Assembly (NCBI GenBank): GCA_048498575.1
Contig: JBEHXS010000001.1
Coordinates: 1 to 59,259 of the forward strand
DNA from: Pseudomonadota bacterium
Lineage (GTDB): Bacteria > Pseudomonadota > Alphaproteobacteria > Rhizobiales > Kaistiaceae
Length of the DNA stretch: 59,259 bases
Direction: 5' to 3'
Shown: positions 9,476 to 21,039 of the stretch, piece by piece
Layout of the letters: each line of letters begins with the position of its first letter
How positions within the stretch are numbered: position 1 is the stretch's first letter
Position numbers and translations under genes: made by a program
The notes under the pieces: generated by a model
The model's input: only the letters and a program-made list of their open reading frames with translations
Told to the model about the DNA's origin: nothing
The model's database searches: none

Positions 9476-11077
9476 CTAGATCGGGCGCGGTCCAGCGTCG
9501 CGAATCTCCGGATCGACCTGATTGGCGAACTTGACGAAGTTGTCGGCGAACATCTTGGCGAGACGCTGCGCCTGCCGGTCGAAGGCTTCGCCATCGGCCC
9601 ACGTCCCGCGCGGGTCGAGCACGCGCGCCGGAACTTCCGGCACCGCGAGCGGCACCTCGAACCCAAAGCGCTCGTCGATCCGGTATTCGGCGTCGTCGAG
9701 GGCGCCGGTAAGCGCCGCATCGAGGAGCGCGCGCGTCCAATCGAGACGCATGCGCTTGCCGACGCCGAACGGCCCGCCGCTCCAGCCGGTATTGACCAGC
9801 CAGCAGTTGACCTTGTGCTCCCGCACCAGCTCGCCGAGCAGCGCGCCGTATTCGATCGCCGAGCGCGGCATGAAGGGTGCGCCGAAGCAGGTGGAGAATG
9901 TCGGCTCGGGGTCGGTCACGCCCTTTTCCGTGCCGCTGACCTTGGCAGTGAAGCCCGACAGGAAGTGGTAGATCGCCTGCTCGGGCGTCAGCCGCGCGAT
10001 CGGCGGCAGGACGCCGAAGGCGTCGGCGGTGAGCATGACGATGTTGCGGGGATGCGGACCGCGCCCGGTGGCCGAGGCGTTGCTGATGAAATCCAGCGGA
10101 TAGGCGGCACGGGTATTCTCGGTACGACCGTCGTCGTGAAAGTTGGGCTCGCCGGTGATGTCCGACACCACGACGTTCTCGAGCACCGAGCCGAAACGAT
10201 TGGAGGCGGAATAGATCTGGGGCTCCGACGCGAACGACAGGTCGATCGCCTTGGCGTAGCAGCCGCCCTCGAAATTGAAGACGCCATCCCTGCCCCAGCC
10301 ATGCTCATCGTCGCCGATCAGCGTGCGATCGGCACTCGCCGACAGCGTCGTCTTGCCGGTGCCGGACAAGCCGAAGAAGACCGCAACATCGCCGTCGCGG
10401 CCGACGTTGGCCGAGCAGTGCATCGGCATGACGCCGCGCTCGGGCAGAATGTAGTTGAGGTACGTGAAGACGGCCTTCTTCATCTCGCCGGCGTAGCTGG
10501 TGCCGGCGATGATGACGACACCTTCGGTGAAATCGCAGGCGATGACGGTTGACGAGCGGATGCCGTAGCGCTGCGGGTCGGCGCGGAAGCTGGGCACGGC
10601 GAGAATCGTGAGCTGGCGCTGCTCCCCGCCGGCACGATCGGCCGCCTCGCGAATCAGCAGGTTGCGGATGAACAGCGCGTGCCAGGCGTACTCGGTGTAG
10701 ACCGTGACACCGATCTGGTGGACGGGATCAGCGCCGGCGAACAGCTCCTGCACGAAGAGCTGCCGGCCCTGCAGATGCTGCACGACGTCGTTCTTCAGCC
10801 GCTCGAACGCCGCGCGCGGCATCCCCAGGTTGGTGCGCCAGTCGACGTTCTCTTCCGTCGTCTCGTCGCGGACAATGTACTTGTCCTTCGGCGAGCGACC
10901 GGTGTGTTCGCCGGTGTCCACCGCGATGGCGCCGTCGCGTGTCAGCCGCCCCTCGCCGCGCCGAAGCGCGAGTTGATAGAGCGTCCGCGCGTCAAAATTG
11001 CGCCATAGGCGGGCTTCGCCAATGGTGAGGTTTTCGCGGGGTGAAAGGGTGTCGAGGGCGCTGTCTTGCATACGCAT
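9476..11077 (-). CDS. pckA: phosphoenolpyruvate carboxykinase (ATP)
   Basis: 533 aa. Hallmarks are TGRSPKDKY, the kinase-1a motif GLSGTGKTT, and IGDDEHGW. Confidence 0.95.
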   Translation of the reverse strand: MRMQDSALDTLSPRENLTIGEARLWRNFDARTLYQLALRRGEGRLTRDGAIAVDTGEHTGRSPKDKYIVRDETTEENVDWRTNLGMPRAAFERLKNDVVQHLQGRQLFVQELFAGADPVHQIGVTVYTEYAWHALFIRNLLIREAADRAGGEQRQLTILAVPSFRADPQRYGIRSSTVIACDFTEGVVIIAGTSYAGEMKKAVFTYLNYILPERGVMPMHCSANVGRDGDVAVFFGLSGTGKTTLSASADRTLIGDDEHGWGRDGVFNFEGGCYAKAIDLSFASEPQIYSASNRFGSVLENVVVSDITGEPNFHDDGRTENTRAAYPLDFISNASATGRGPHPRNIVMLTADAFGVLPPIARLTPEQAIYHFLSGFTAKVSGTEKGVTDPEPTFSTCFGAPFMPRSAIEYGALLGELVREHKVNCWLVNTGWSGGPFGVGKRMRLDWTRALLDAALTGALDDAEYRIDERFGFEVPLAVPEVPARVLDPRGTWADGEAFDRQAQRLAKMFADNFVKFANQVDPEIRDAGPRPI

Positions 11078-11105
11078 GCACTAACCGCGCCTGCATACGC
11101 ATGCA
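11067..11105. promoter_or_regulatory. two tandem copies of the near-palindrome TGCATACGCATGCA (LacI-type operator architecture) at the pckA start
   Basis: The copies lie at 11067-11080 and 11092-11105, 25 bp apart. Each has TGCAT/ATGCA arms around a central CG. The first copy spans the pckA ATG (11077-11075). Confidence 0.45.
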
Positions 11106-11129
11106 AGCACTAATTTCGGGCAAAATGCC

Positions 11130-12230
11130 TCAATGCTGCTCACTGTCCCAGACGCGGTGATTTCCGGCTTCGGTGATGCCGGTTTCGGGAAGCCGGGCCG
11201 AGCTTCGCACGATGAGTTCGCCGCGCACCGCGCGCCGCTCCGCCCGCGGCCGCTTGCTCGCGATCTGGGCATCGATGATCGCGATGGTCTCGCGGGCAAG
11301 CTCGGCCGGGTGCTGGGAGAACGTGGTGAGATCGTAGGCGGCGTGGCTGGCCTCGGCGACGTCGTCCACGCCGACGACGGAAAGATCGCGCGGTATCGAC
11401 AGATCGAACTCGCGCCGGGCGACATCGAGAGTGGCGAACGCCATGTAGTCGGAAGCGCAGAAGATGGCGTCGGGCCGGTTCGGCAGACTGAGCAGCGTGC
11501 GCGCCGCCTCGGCCGCGCCGGTGAAGGTGTAATCGCCGTAGCGCGTGATGACCTCATGGCCGCGCGAAGCCATGAATTCGGAGAACGCCGTTTCGCGCGC
11601 GCGGCTGACGGTCGACACCGCGGTGCCGCCGATGAAACCGAATCGCTTGTGGCCACCGGCGATGAGAAACGCTGCGACCGTTTCCCCTGCCCGGCGATTC
11701 TCGCCGCGCACCGTCGACACGCCGGCGACTTTCGTCTCGCGGTTGATCAGCACGATCGGCACGCCGCTCTTGCGGCAGTGGGCGACCAGCGCTTCCGAGG
11801 GCGAGGTCGCCGTCAGGACGAGCGCGTCGATCTGGTAGCTCAGGAACGTCTCCAGCCGTGGGTCGGCCGCCTCGCCCGGCGAGGCCGCGAACATGAGGAT
11901 GTAGCGGCCGGTCGCGCTCAGCCGCTCCGACAGCTCCTTCACCACCTGGGCGTAGAACGGATTCTCGAGGCTGCTGATGGCGAGCCCGACGATGTTGGAG
12001 CGCTTGGTCGATAGCGAGCGGGCGATTAGGTTCGGCTGGTAGCCGAGCGCCTTCGCCGCTTCGAGGATCCTGGCGCGGGTTTCGATCGCGATGCTTGCGC
12101 CCGCTGTGAAGGCGCGGGAGACCGCTGATTGCGAAACGCCCGCCCGCTCGGCGACATCGATTTCCGTCGGGTGGCGGTTATCACGCGCCCTGTTTCGCGA
12201 CTCGCCGCCGGTGTTTTCTGTTTTCCGCAT
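11130..12230 (-). CDS. LacI/GalR-family transcriptional regulator (positioned like a pckA regulator)
   Basis: 366 aa with an N-terminal HTH (IDVAERAGVSQSAVSRAF) and a periplasmic-binding-protein-like core. It sits directly upstream of pckA on the same strand. Confidence 0.85.
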   Translation of the reverse strand: MRKTENTGGESRNRARDNRHPTEIDVAERAGVSQSAVSRAFTAGASIAIETRARILEAAKALGYQPNLIARSLSTKRSNIVGLAISSLENPFYAQVVKELSERLSATGRYILMFAASPGEAADPRLETFLSYQIDALVLTATSPSEALVAHCRKSGVPIVLINRETKVAGVSTVRGENRRAGETVAAFLIAGGHKRFGFIGGTAVSTVSRARETAFSEFMASRGHEVITRYGDYTFTGAAEAARTLLSLPNRPDAIFCASDYMAFATLDVARREFDLSIPRDLSVVGVDDVAEASHAAYDLTTFSQHPAELARETIAIIDAQIASKRPRAERRAVRGELIVRSSARLPETGITEAGNHRVWDSEQH

Positions 12231-12320
12231 GACGTTCCGGATGTTTCGGCAACGCTCATATCATGGGCGGCTGAGAAGGCCGAAATCCCCGAGGTGAGTA
12301 CTACGGGAAAAGCGAAAAAT

Positions 12321-12334
12321 GGAATAAACATTCC
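12321..12334. promoter_or_regulatory. GGAA-N6-TTCC palindrome (IolR-box-like) next to a TTGACA -35
   Basis: GGAATAAACATTCC lies in an AT-rich pocket. It is immediately followed by TTGACA (12338-12343), upstream of the plus-strand IolI-like/ABC/idhA genes. Confidence 0.55.
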
Positions 12335-12434
12335 TCGTTGACAACAAGACGGAATTGCCATTTCATCAGCCAGTTGACCGGCCGTCGGCCTCAAAGCCGC
12401 AAAAGAAACGCCGGCGACACTGGGAGGGACGGCC

Positions 12435-13265
12435 TTGGCAACGCCAGCCAAACTGCGTTTCGCGCTCAACCATATGGCCGCGCCGCAGCTTGGGCTTGCG
12501 GAGTTCTTCGCCCTCGCCCGCAGCCTCGGCCTGGCCGAGGTCGAAATCCGCAACGACATCGCCGGGAAGCCGATCCTCGACGGCACCGCGCCCGCCGCCG
12601 TCAAGGCCGCGGCCGAAAAGGCCGGCGTCACGATCATCACCATCAACGCGCTCCAGCGCTTCAACGAGTGGAACGCCACCCGTGAGCGGGAGGCGATCGC
12701 GCTCGCCGATTACGCGCGGAGCTGCGGCGCCCGCGCGATCATCCTCGTGCCGGTGAACGACGGCACCGGCCACGGCGACGGCGAGCGGCAGAAGAACGCC
12801 GAAACGGCGCTTCGCGGGCTGAAGCCGATCCTGCGCGACCGCGGCCTTATCGGGCTGGTCGAGCCTCTGGGCTTCACCATCTGCTCGCTCCGCAAGAAGA
12901 GCGAGGCGGCGGCCGCGATCAATGCCGTCGGCGGCGACTTCAAGCTCGTCCACGACACCTTCCATCACCATCTCGCCGGCGAGCCGCAGACGTTTCCCGC
13001 CCTCACCGGCCTCGTCCACATCTCCGGCGTCGAGGATCAGAGCCTCAAGGTCGAGGACATGCGCGACAAGCACCGGGTGCTCGTCGGCCCCAAGGATCGG
13101 CTTGGAAACGTCGAGCAGATCCACGCCCTCCGCGCCGCTGGCTACCACGGGCCATTCTCGTTCGAGCCCTTCGCCGAGGAATTGCGCGCCCTGCCCGATC
13201 CGGCGGCGGCGCTCCGCGCCAGCATGGATTTCATCGGTACGCGGATTCTGAGCCTCGCGGCCTGA
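12435..13265 (+). CDS. IolI-like TIM-barrel protein (inosose isomerase / xylose-isomerase-like fold)
   Basis: 276 aa. INALQRFNEW, DTFHHHLAG and HISGVED...FSFEPF align by eye with B. subtilis IolI (LNALVFFNN, DSFHFHAMG, HIDD...VSVELF). Confidence 0.65.
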   Translation: MATPAKLRFALNHMAAPQLGLAEFFALARSLGLAEVEIRNDIAGKPILDGTAPAAVKAAAEKAGVTIITINALQRFNEWNATREREAIALADYARSCGARAIILVPVNDGTGHGDGERQKNAETALRGLKPILRDRGLIGLVEPLGFTICSLRKKSEAAAAINAVGGDFKLVHDTFHHHLAGEPQTFPALTGLVHISGVEDQSLKVEDMRDKHRVLVGPKDRLGNVEQIHALRAAGYHGPFSFEPFAEELRALPDPAAALRASMDFIGTRILSLAA

Positions 13266-13367
13266 CGACGCGCATCGTGTGAATGAGGCTTCCGGAACCG
13301 AGAGACCGGGAGCCGCTCCGGACCAAAGATCAGGCGTAACCGGACGCCGAAAAAGGGAGGAAATACC

Positions 13368-14327
13368 GTGAAGAAACGCGTACTCATGGGCCTTGCCGCC
13401 GCCCTTCTGGCGAGCGCCGGAATGGCCGGCAGCGCTTCGGCCACCAACATCGGCGTCAGCATGGCGCAGTTCAACGACAACTTCCTGACCGTGCTGCGCA
13501 ACGGCCTCGACGCCTACGCCAAGACCCTGCCCGACGTGTCGGTGCAGATCGAAGACGGCAACAACGACGTCAACACCCAGCTCAGCCAGGTGCAGAACTT
13601 CGTCGCCTCGAAGGTCGACGCGATCATCGTGAACCCGGTCGACACCGACTCGACGACGGCGATCAGCAAGCTCGCGGCCGATGCCGGGATCGCGCTGGTC
13701 TACGTCAACCGCCAGCCGGTGAACCTCGACCAGCTGCCGGGCAACCAGGCTTTCGTCGGTTCGAACGAAAGCGATTCGGGCACGCTCGAAACCAAGCAGA
13801 TCTGCAAGCTGCTGAAGGATGCCGGCAAGGGCAGCGGCGCCAACGTCTACGTCATGGAAGGCCAGCTCAACAACCAGGCCGCCCAGCAGCGTACCCAGGA
13901 CGTCAAGGACGTGATCGCCACGCCCGACTGCAACTTCATCAAGATCATCGACCTGCAGACGGCGAACTGGCAGCGCGACCAGGCGCAGAGCCTGATGGCC
14001 AACTGGATCACGGCCGGCACGCCGTTCGATGCCGTCATCTCCAACAATGACGAGATGGCGCTCGGTGCGCTGCAGGCCCTCAAGTCGGCCGGCATCGACA
14101 CCTCCAAGGTGATCATCGGCGGCGTCGACGCAACCCAGGAGGCGCTCGCCTCCATGCAGGCCGGCGACCTCAAGGTGACGGTGTTCCAGGACGCCGCGGG
14201 CCAGGGCAAGGGTGCGGTCGATACCGCGCTGACGCTCGCCAAGGGTGGCAAGACCGACAAGGCGGTCTGGGTGCCCTTCAAGCTCGTGACGCCGGACAAC
14301 GTGAAGGACTTCCTGGCCAAGAACTAG
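13368..14327 (+). CDS. CUT2 (ribose/inositol-type) ABC transporter periplasmic sugar-binding protein
   Basis: 319 aa. GTG start preceded by AAGGGAGG. Sec signal LLASAGMAGSASA. The body is RbsB-like (IGVSMAQFNDNF...). Confidence 0.85.
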   Translation: MKKRVLMGLAAALLASAGMAGSASATNIGVSMAQFNDNFLTVLRNGLDAYAKTLPDVSVQIEDGNNDVNTQLSQVQNFVASKVDAIIVNPVDTDSTTAISKLAADAGIALVYVNRQPVNLDQLPGNQAFVGSNESDSGTLETKQICKLLKDAGKGSGANVYVMEGQLNNQAAQQRTQDVKDVIATPDCNFIKIIDLQTANWQRDQAQSLMANWITAGTPFDAVISNNDEMALGALQALKSAGIDTSKVIIGGVDATQEALASMQAGDLKVTVFQDAAGQGKGAVDTALTLAKGGKTDKAVWVPFKLVTPDNVKDFLAKN

Positions 14328-14343
14328 TCTTCACCGCGCTTGA

Positions 14344-14385
14344 CCGGAGGCGGCGCCCTGTTTCGCGCCGCCTCCGGCTTTTCGG
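14344..14385 (+). terminator. 13-bp perfect GC-rich hairpin plus CTTTTCGG (intra-operon terminator/attenuator or mRNA stabiliser)
   Basis: CCGGAGGCGGCGC-cctgtttc-GCGCCGCCTCCGG is followed by CTTTTCGG. It lies 17 nt after the binding-protein stop and before the permease gene. Confidence 0.55.
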
Positions 14386-14469
14386 CGAGGCAAACGACGT
14401 CATCGGGGCGCGTCGTTCGAAATCAGCCGAGGCAAGGTGCATACTCGGGCAAAGGGCGACCAAGCCTGA

Positions 14470-15531
14470 ATGGGAGGCCGGCGGGAGGCCCGCTGGTGGA
14501 GGGACGCGATGGCTGAGGCAGCGACCGCCAACGACGCGAACGTAGCCACAACACACCGGCGACCGTGGCCGCCCGAGGTCAACGTCCTCGTCGGCCTCGT
14601 CATCATCGCCGCGATCTTCGAGGTGCTCGGCTGGATTCTGATTCACCGGAGCTTCCTCCTCAACCCCGCGCGCCTGCAGATCATGATCCTGCAGGTCTCG
14701 ATCGTCGGCATCGTCGCGGTCGGCGTGACGCAAGTGATCATCACCGGCGGCATCGACCTTTCGTCGGGCTCGGTGGTCAGCGCCGCCGCCATCATCACCA
14801 TGAGCTTCGCGCAGGTGAGCACCTACGCCCGCGCCGTCTATCCGAGCCTGACCGACCTGCCGGTTATCGTCCCGATCCTCGTCGGCCTCGCCTGCGGCCT
14901 CGCCGCCGGGCTGATCAACGGGATGATCATCGCCTACACGAAGATCCCGCCGTTCATCGCCACGCTCGGCATGATGGTGAGCGCCCGCGGTGTCGCCGAC
15001 TGGTACACGAAAGGCCAGCCGGTTTCGTTCCCGACGCCGAGCTACGTCGCCATCGGCGCCGGCATCCGCCCGGTGATCATCTTCATCGTGCTGGCGCTGA
15101 TCTTCCAGGTCATCATGCAGTTCACGCTCTACGGCCGCCGCACGTATGCGATCGGCTCCAACGAGCGCGCTGCCCGCGTCTCCGGCATCAACGTCGAGCA
15201 CCACCTGATCCTCGTCTACACGATCGCCGGCGTGCTCGCCGGCGTGGCCGCGATCGTGGTCTCGTCGCGCAATCTTACGGCGCAGGCGGGCATGGGTTTC
15301 GGCTACGAGCTCGACGCCATCGCCATGACGGTCATCGGCGGCACCTCGTTGTACGGCGGCCGCGGTTCGATCATCGGCACCGTGCTCGGCGCCCTGATCT
15401 TCGGCGTCATCATCTCCGGCTTCACGTTCCTGCGCATCGACGCCTTCTACCAGGAGATGATCAAGGGCGTGATCATCGTCGGCGCCGTCGTGCAGGACGT
15501 CTATCGCCAGCGCCGCCGCGCACGCATGTGA
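14470..15531 (+). CDS. CUT2 sugar ABC transporter permease
   Basis: 353 aa, RbsC-like and polytopic (ITGGIDLSSGSV..., GGTSLYGGRGSIIGT). The start may be the Met at 14509. Confidence 0.85.
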   Translation: MGGRREARWWRDAMAEAATANDANVATTHRRPWPPEVNVLVGLVIIAAIFEVLGWILIHRSFLLNPARLQIMILQVSIVGIVAVGVTQVIITGGIDLSSGSVVSAAAIITMSFAQVSTYARAVYPSLTDLPVIVPILVGLACGLAAGLINGMIIAYTKIPPFIATLGMMVSARGVADWYTKGQPVSFPTPSYVAIGAGIRPVIIFIVLALIFQVIMQFTLYGRRTYAIGSNERAARVSGINVEHHLILVYTIAGVLAGVAAIVVSSRNLTAQAGMGFGYELDAIAMTVIGGTSLYGGRGSIIGTVLGALIFGVIISGFTFLRIDAFYQEMIKGVIIVGAVVQDVYRQRRRARM

Positions 15532-15540
15532 GGTGAGCCA

Positions 15541-16347
15541 ATGACCGACACCACGACCGGCAACGCCCGCAGCAGCGACGGCATCATCCTGCGCACGGAG
15601 AACCTGACCAAGCACTACGGCGGCGTGCGCGCCCTTGAGGGCGCCGACTTCGAACTGAGGTATGGCGAGCACATCGCCATCGTCGGCGACAACGGCGCTG
15701 GCAAATCGACGTTCGTGCGCCAGATCACCGGCGTCGAGCAGCCGAACACCGGCAAGATCTTCTTCGAGGGCCAGCAGGTCGAATTCACCAGTCCGATCGC
15801 GGCGCGCGAGGTCGGCATCGAGACGGTATTCCAGGACCTGGCGCTGGCCGACGATCTCGACGTGCCGGCAAATCTCTTCCTCGGCCGCGAGGAGCGCTAC
15901 TTCAATCTCGGTCCGTTCAGTTTCCTGAACGAGCGCAAGATGCTTTCCCATGCGACCGAGGTGCTGCGCACCACCGGCGTCAAGATACCGAACCTCAAGA
16001 ACAAAATTCGAAACATGTCTGGCGGCCAGCGGCAGTGCGTTGCCATCAGCCGCGCCGCGAGCTTCGCCTCCAAGCTGATCATCATGGACGAGCCGACGGC
16101 GGCGCTTGGCGTGCAGGAGACCGCCCAGGTCGAGAACATCATCCGCACGCTGAAGCAGCGCGGCATCCCCCTCATCCTGATCAGCCACAACCTCCGCCAG
16201 GTGCTCGATCTCGTCGACCGCATCTGGGTCTTCCGCCGCGGGCGCATCGTCGGCGCCGTCGACCGCGACAAGACGACGGGCAACGACATCGTCTCGCTGA
16301 TCACCGGCGTCAACCAGGGCGTCGAGGGCGCGGCCGCGTTCGTCTAG
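15541..16347 (+). CDS. sugar ABC transporter ATP-binding protein (single cassette)
   Basis: 268 aa with Walker A GDNGAGKST, signature MSGGQRQ and Walker B IIMDEPT. Confidence 0.9.
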   Translation: MTDTTTGNARSSDGIILRTENLTKHYGGVRALEGADFELRYGEHIAIVGDNGAGKSTFVRQITGVEQPNTGKIFFEGQQVEFTSPIAAREVGIETVFQDLALADDLDVPANLFLGREERYFNLGPFSFLNERKMLSHATEVLRTTGVKIPNLKNKIRNMSGGQRQCVAISRAASFASKLIIMDEPTAALGVQETAQVENIIRTLKQRGIPLILISHNLRQVLDLVDRIWVFRRGRIVGAVDRDKTTGNDIVSLITGVNQGVEGAAAFV

Positions 16348-16418
16348 GGCATCCGGGCACCATCCACCTTTCCATCGCAACCATCGCGGCGCTTCGCACC
16401 GCTTCCTGAACGGGGTCA

Positions 16419-17429
16419 ATGCACATGAGCGTTCGTTTCGGTCTTCTCGGCGCCGGCCGTATCGGCAAGGTCCACGCCCGCGCCGTCGGCAGCAACCCCG
16501 ACGCCAAGCTGGTCGCGGTCGCCGATGCTATGCCCGCGGCGGCCAAGGAAATCGCGACGGCCTACGGCGCCGAGATCCGCACGATCGACAAGATCGCCGC
16601 GGCGAAGGACATCGATGCGGTCATCATCTGCACGCCCACCGACACGCACGCCGACCTGATCGAGAAGTTCGCGCGCGCCGGCAAGGCGATCTTCTGCGAG
16701 AAGCCGATCGACCTTTCGATCGCGCGCGTCCGGCAATGCCTGGCCGTGGTGGCGGAGACCAAGGCGCTGCTGATGGTCGGCTTCAATCGCCGCTTCGACC
16801 CGCACTTCCAGGCAGTCCGTCAGGCGATCGACGACGGCGCCGTGGGCAAGGTCGAGATGGTCAACATCACCTCACGCGACCCCGGTCCGCCGCCCTACGA
16901 ATACATCGACCGCTCGGGCGGCATCTTCCGCGACATGACGATCCACGATTTCGACATGGCGCGGTTTCTCTTGGGCGCGGAGCCGGTGTCGGTGACGGCC
17001 GAGGCCTCGGTGCTGGTCGACAAGGAGATCGGCAGGCACGGCGACTACGACAGCGTCAGCGTCATCCTGACGACGCGCACCGGGCAACAGTGCGCGATCT
17101 CGAACTCGCGCCGCGCCACCTACGGCTATGACCAGCGCATCGAGGTGCTGGGCTCCAAGGGCATGGTATCGGCGGAGAACCAGCGCGCCGTGTCGATCGA
17201 GGTAGCGGGCAGCAAGGGCTTCACGCGCCCGCCCCTCCATAACTTCTTCATGACCCGCTACATCGCCGCTTACGCCAACGAGATTGCCGCATTTATCACG
17301 GCGGTGAACACGAAGACGCCGGGCAAGCCGGACGGGGCGGACGGGCTGGCAGCGCTGGTACTCGCCGAAGCGGCGCTGCGCTCGGTCAAGGAGAAGCGGA
17401 CAGTGACCGTGAAGGAAGTGCTGGGCTAG
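16419..17429 (+). CDS. idhA: myo-inositol 2-dehydrogenase (Gfo/Idh/MocA family)
   Basis: 336 aa with Rossmann motif GLLGAGRIGKVHA and the EKP motif (CEKPI). It sits within the iol context. Alternative start at 16425. Confidence 0.8.
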   Translation: MHMSVRFGLLGAGRIGKVHARAVGSNPDAKLVAVADAMPAAAKEIATAYGAEIRTIDKIAAAKDIDAVIICTPTDTHADLIEKFARAGKAIFCEKPIDLSIARVRQCLAVVAETKALLMVGFNRRFDPHFQAVRQAIDDGAVGKVEMVNITSRDPGPPPYEYIDRSGGIFRDMTIHDFDMARFLLGAEPVSVTAEASVLVDKEIGRHGDYDSVSVILTTRTGQQCAISNSRRATYGYDQRIEVLGSKGMVSAENQRAVSIEVAGSKGFTRPPLHNFFMTRYIAAYANEIAAFITAVNTKTPGKPDGADGLAALVLAEAALRSVKEKRTVTVKEVLG

Positions 17430-18232
17430 CGGGCGGCTGCCAGCATCCACTGGTGCTCGGGTGCGTTGTGGAACTTCCACGTGCGCACCGGGCCGGCCAT
17501 GACGTTGAGGTAGTAGAGATCGTAGCCGTGGACGGCGGCGACCGGATGGTAGCCGCGCGGCACCAGCGTCACGTCGCCGTCTTCCACCACCACCGCCTCG
17601 TCGAGCGAGCGGTCGTCGGTGTAGATGCGCTGGAAGGCGAAGCCCTGCGGCGGGTTGAGCCGGTGATAGTACGTCTCCTCGAGCAGGCTCTCGCGCGGCA
17701 GGTCGTTCGTATCGTGCTTGTGCGGCGGATAGGACGAGGTGTGCCCGCCTGGCGTGATGACCTCGACCACCAAGAGCGAATCCGCCGGCTCCGACTCCGG
17801 CAGGATATTGGTGACGTAGCGCGTGTTGGTGCCGCGCCCGCGAGTCTCCTGCCCGACGTCGTCCGGACCGATGACGCGCGGCGAGTGCCCGCGCGCCTCC
17901 CCCGGCGCCGAGCACACCGCGACCTCGCAGGCGGTGGTGGCCGTGACCGACCAATCATTGCCCGCCGGCACATATACGGAGTGCGGCTTGCCGCTGAACG
18001 GGCTGCTGCGCCCGCCCTGCTCGCCGAAATCGTGGCCGCCGGCGCTCACCCGGCCCTTGCCGGAAATGAACACGAGACAGACCTCGCGGCTGTCGCTGGC
18101 CGGCGCGCCTGCTCTCTCGCCGGGCGCCAGGCGGTAGAGGTCGAAGCCGACGTATTTCCACCCGGCACTCGCCGGCGTGATGTGCTGAACGCGGCCGCTT
18201 TTTCCGTTGGGCTTGAGGAGCAGCTCAGCCAT
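17426..18232 (-). CDS. iolB: 5-deoxy-glucuronate isomerase
   Basis: 268 aa, cupin-like, IolB pattern (EVITPGGHTSSYPPHKHD...YYHR). It follows iolE with an 8-nt overlap. Confidence 0.9.
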   Translation of the reverse strand: MAELLLKPNGKSGRVQHITPASAGWKYVGFDLYRLAPGERAGAPASDSREVCLVFISGKGRVSAGGHDFGEQGGRSSPFSGKPHSVYVPAGNDWSVTATTACEVAVCSAPGEARGHSPRVIGPDDVGQETRGRGTNTRYVTNILPESEPADSLLVVEVITPGGHTSSYPPHKHDTNDLPRESLLEETYYHRLNPPQGFAFQRIYTDDRSLDEAVVVEDGDVTLVPRGYHPVAAVHGYDLYYLNVMAGPVRTWKFHNAPEHQWMLAAAR

Positions 18233-19142
18233 GGGGGAAGCCCTGTGTCTCGACGGTGTAGCCGGCGGCGGTCATGACGCGCATCAGCTCCTTGTGGCCG
18301 ACCTCGGCCATCCTGAGCGGCGGATTCTTCTTCGGGTCCTGTTCGGCTTCGACGACGAACCAGCCCTCATAGCCGTAGTCGGCAAAGCGCCGAACGATGG
18401 CGCCGAAATCGAGCGAGCCGTCGCCGGGGACAGTGAAGGCGCCAAGCGCCACGGCGTCGAGGAACGACTGCCGGGTGGGATCGAGCCCGTCGATCACCGG
18501 GCGGCGGATGTCCTTGACGTGGACATGGGTGATGCGAGCGTGGTGCCTGTCGATGGCGCGGAGCACATCGCCCCCGGCGAAGGCAAGGTGGCCGGCGTCC
18601 AGCAGCAGCGGGATGCCGGGACCGGAGGCGGCCATGAAGGCGTCAAGCTCCGGCTCGGTCTGGACTACCGCGCCCATGTGGTGGTGATAGCTGAGCGGCA
18701 TGCCTTGCGCCGCGCACCACTCGCCGAAGGCAGTGACCTTCTTGGCGTAGGCCTTCATCTCGCTGTCGGAAAGCTTTGGCTTCGTGGCGAGCGGCTTGCT
18801 GCGATCGCCCTGGATGGAGCGGCCGACTTCGCCGTAGACGATGCAGGGCGCGTCGACGGCCTTGAACAGCGCGATCATCGGGAGGATGCGGTCCTGATTG
18901 GCCGCGATATCCTCGTTGACCAGCGTGCCGGAAAACCAGCCGCCGCAGAGTGTGACGTCGGCGGCCTTGAGGATGGGCAGCATAACCGCCGGGTCCTTGG
19001 GAAAGCGGCGGCCCATCTCCATGCCGGTGAAGCCGGCGGAGCGGGATTGCCGCAGGCACTCCTCGAGTGAAACGTCGTCGCTGAGCTCGGCGAGGTCGTC
19101 GTTCCACCAGGCGATGGGCGACATGCCCAGTTTGGCTTTCAT
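18225..19142 (-). CDS. iolE: myo-inosose-2 dehydratase
   Basis: 305 aa TIM barrel. IolE-like N-terminus GMSPIAWWNDDL and C-terminal YEGWFVVEAEQDP. Confidence 0.9.
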   Translation of the reverse strand: MKAKLGMSPIAWWNDDLAELSDDVSLEECLRQSRSAGFTGMEMGRRFPKDPAVMLPILKAADVTLCGGWFSGTLVNEDIAANQDRILPMIALFKAVDAPCIVYGEVGRSIQGDRSKPLATKPKLSDSEMKAYAKKVTAFGEWCAAQGMPLSYHHHMGAVVQTEPELDAFMAASGPGIPLLLDAGHLAFAGGDVLRAIDRHHARITHVHVKDIRRPVIDGLDPTRQSFLDAVALGAFTVPGDGSLDFGAIVRRFADYGYEGWFVVEAEQDPKKNPPLRMAEVGHKELMRVMTAAGYTVETQGFPHG

Positions 19143-19164
19143 GGCTGTGTCCTGCTTCGCGATA

Positions 19165-21012
<1,848 letters not shown>

Positions 21013-21039
21013 GTGCTCCTCCCGCCTGCGCGCATGGCT

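Noticed and set aside
14278-16419. A 713-aa minus-strand ORF lies antisense to the ABC permease and ATPase genes.
   Set aside because: It has junk composition (runs of D, R, A and G) and lies antisense to two well-supported genes.
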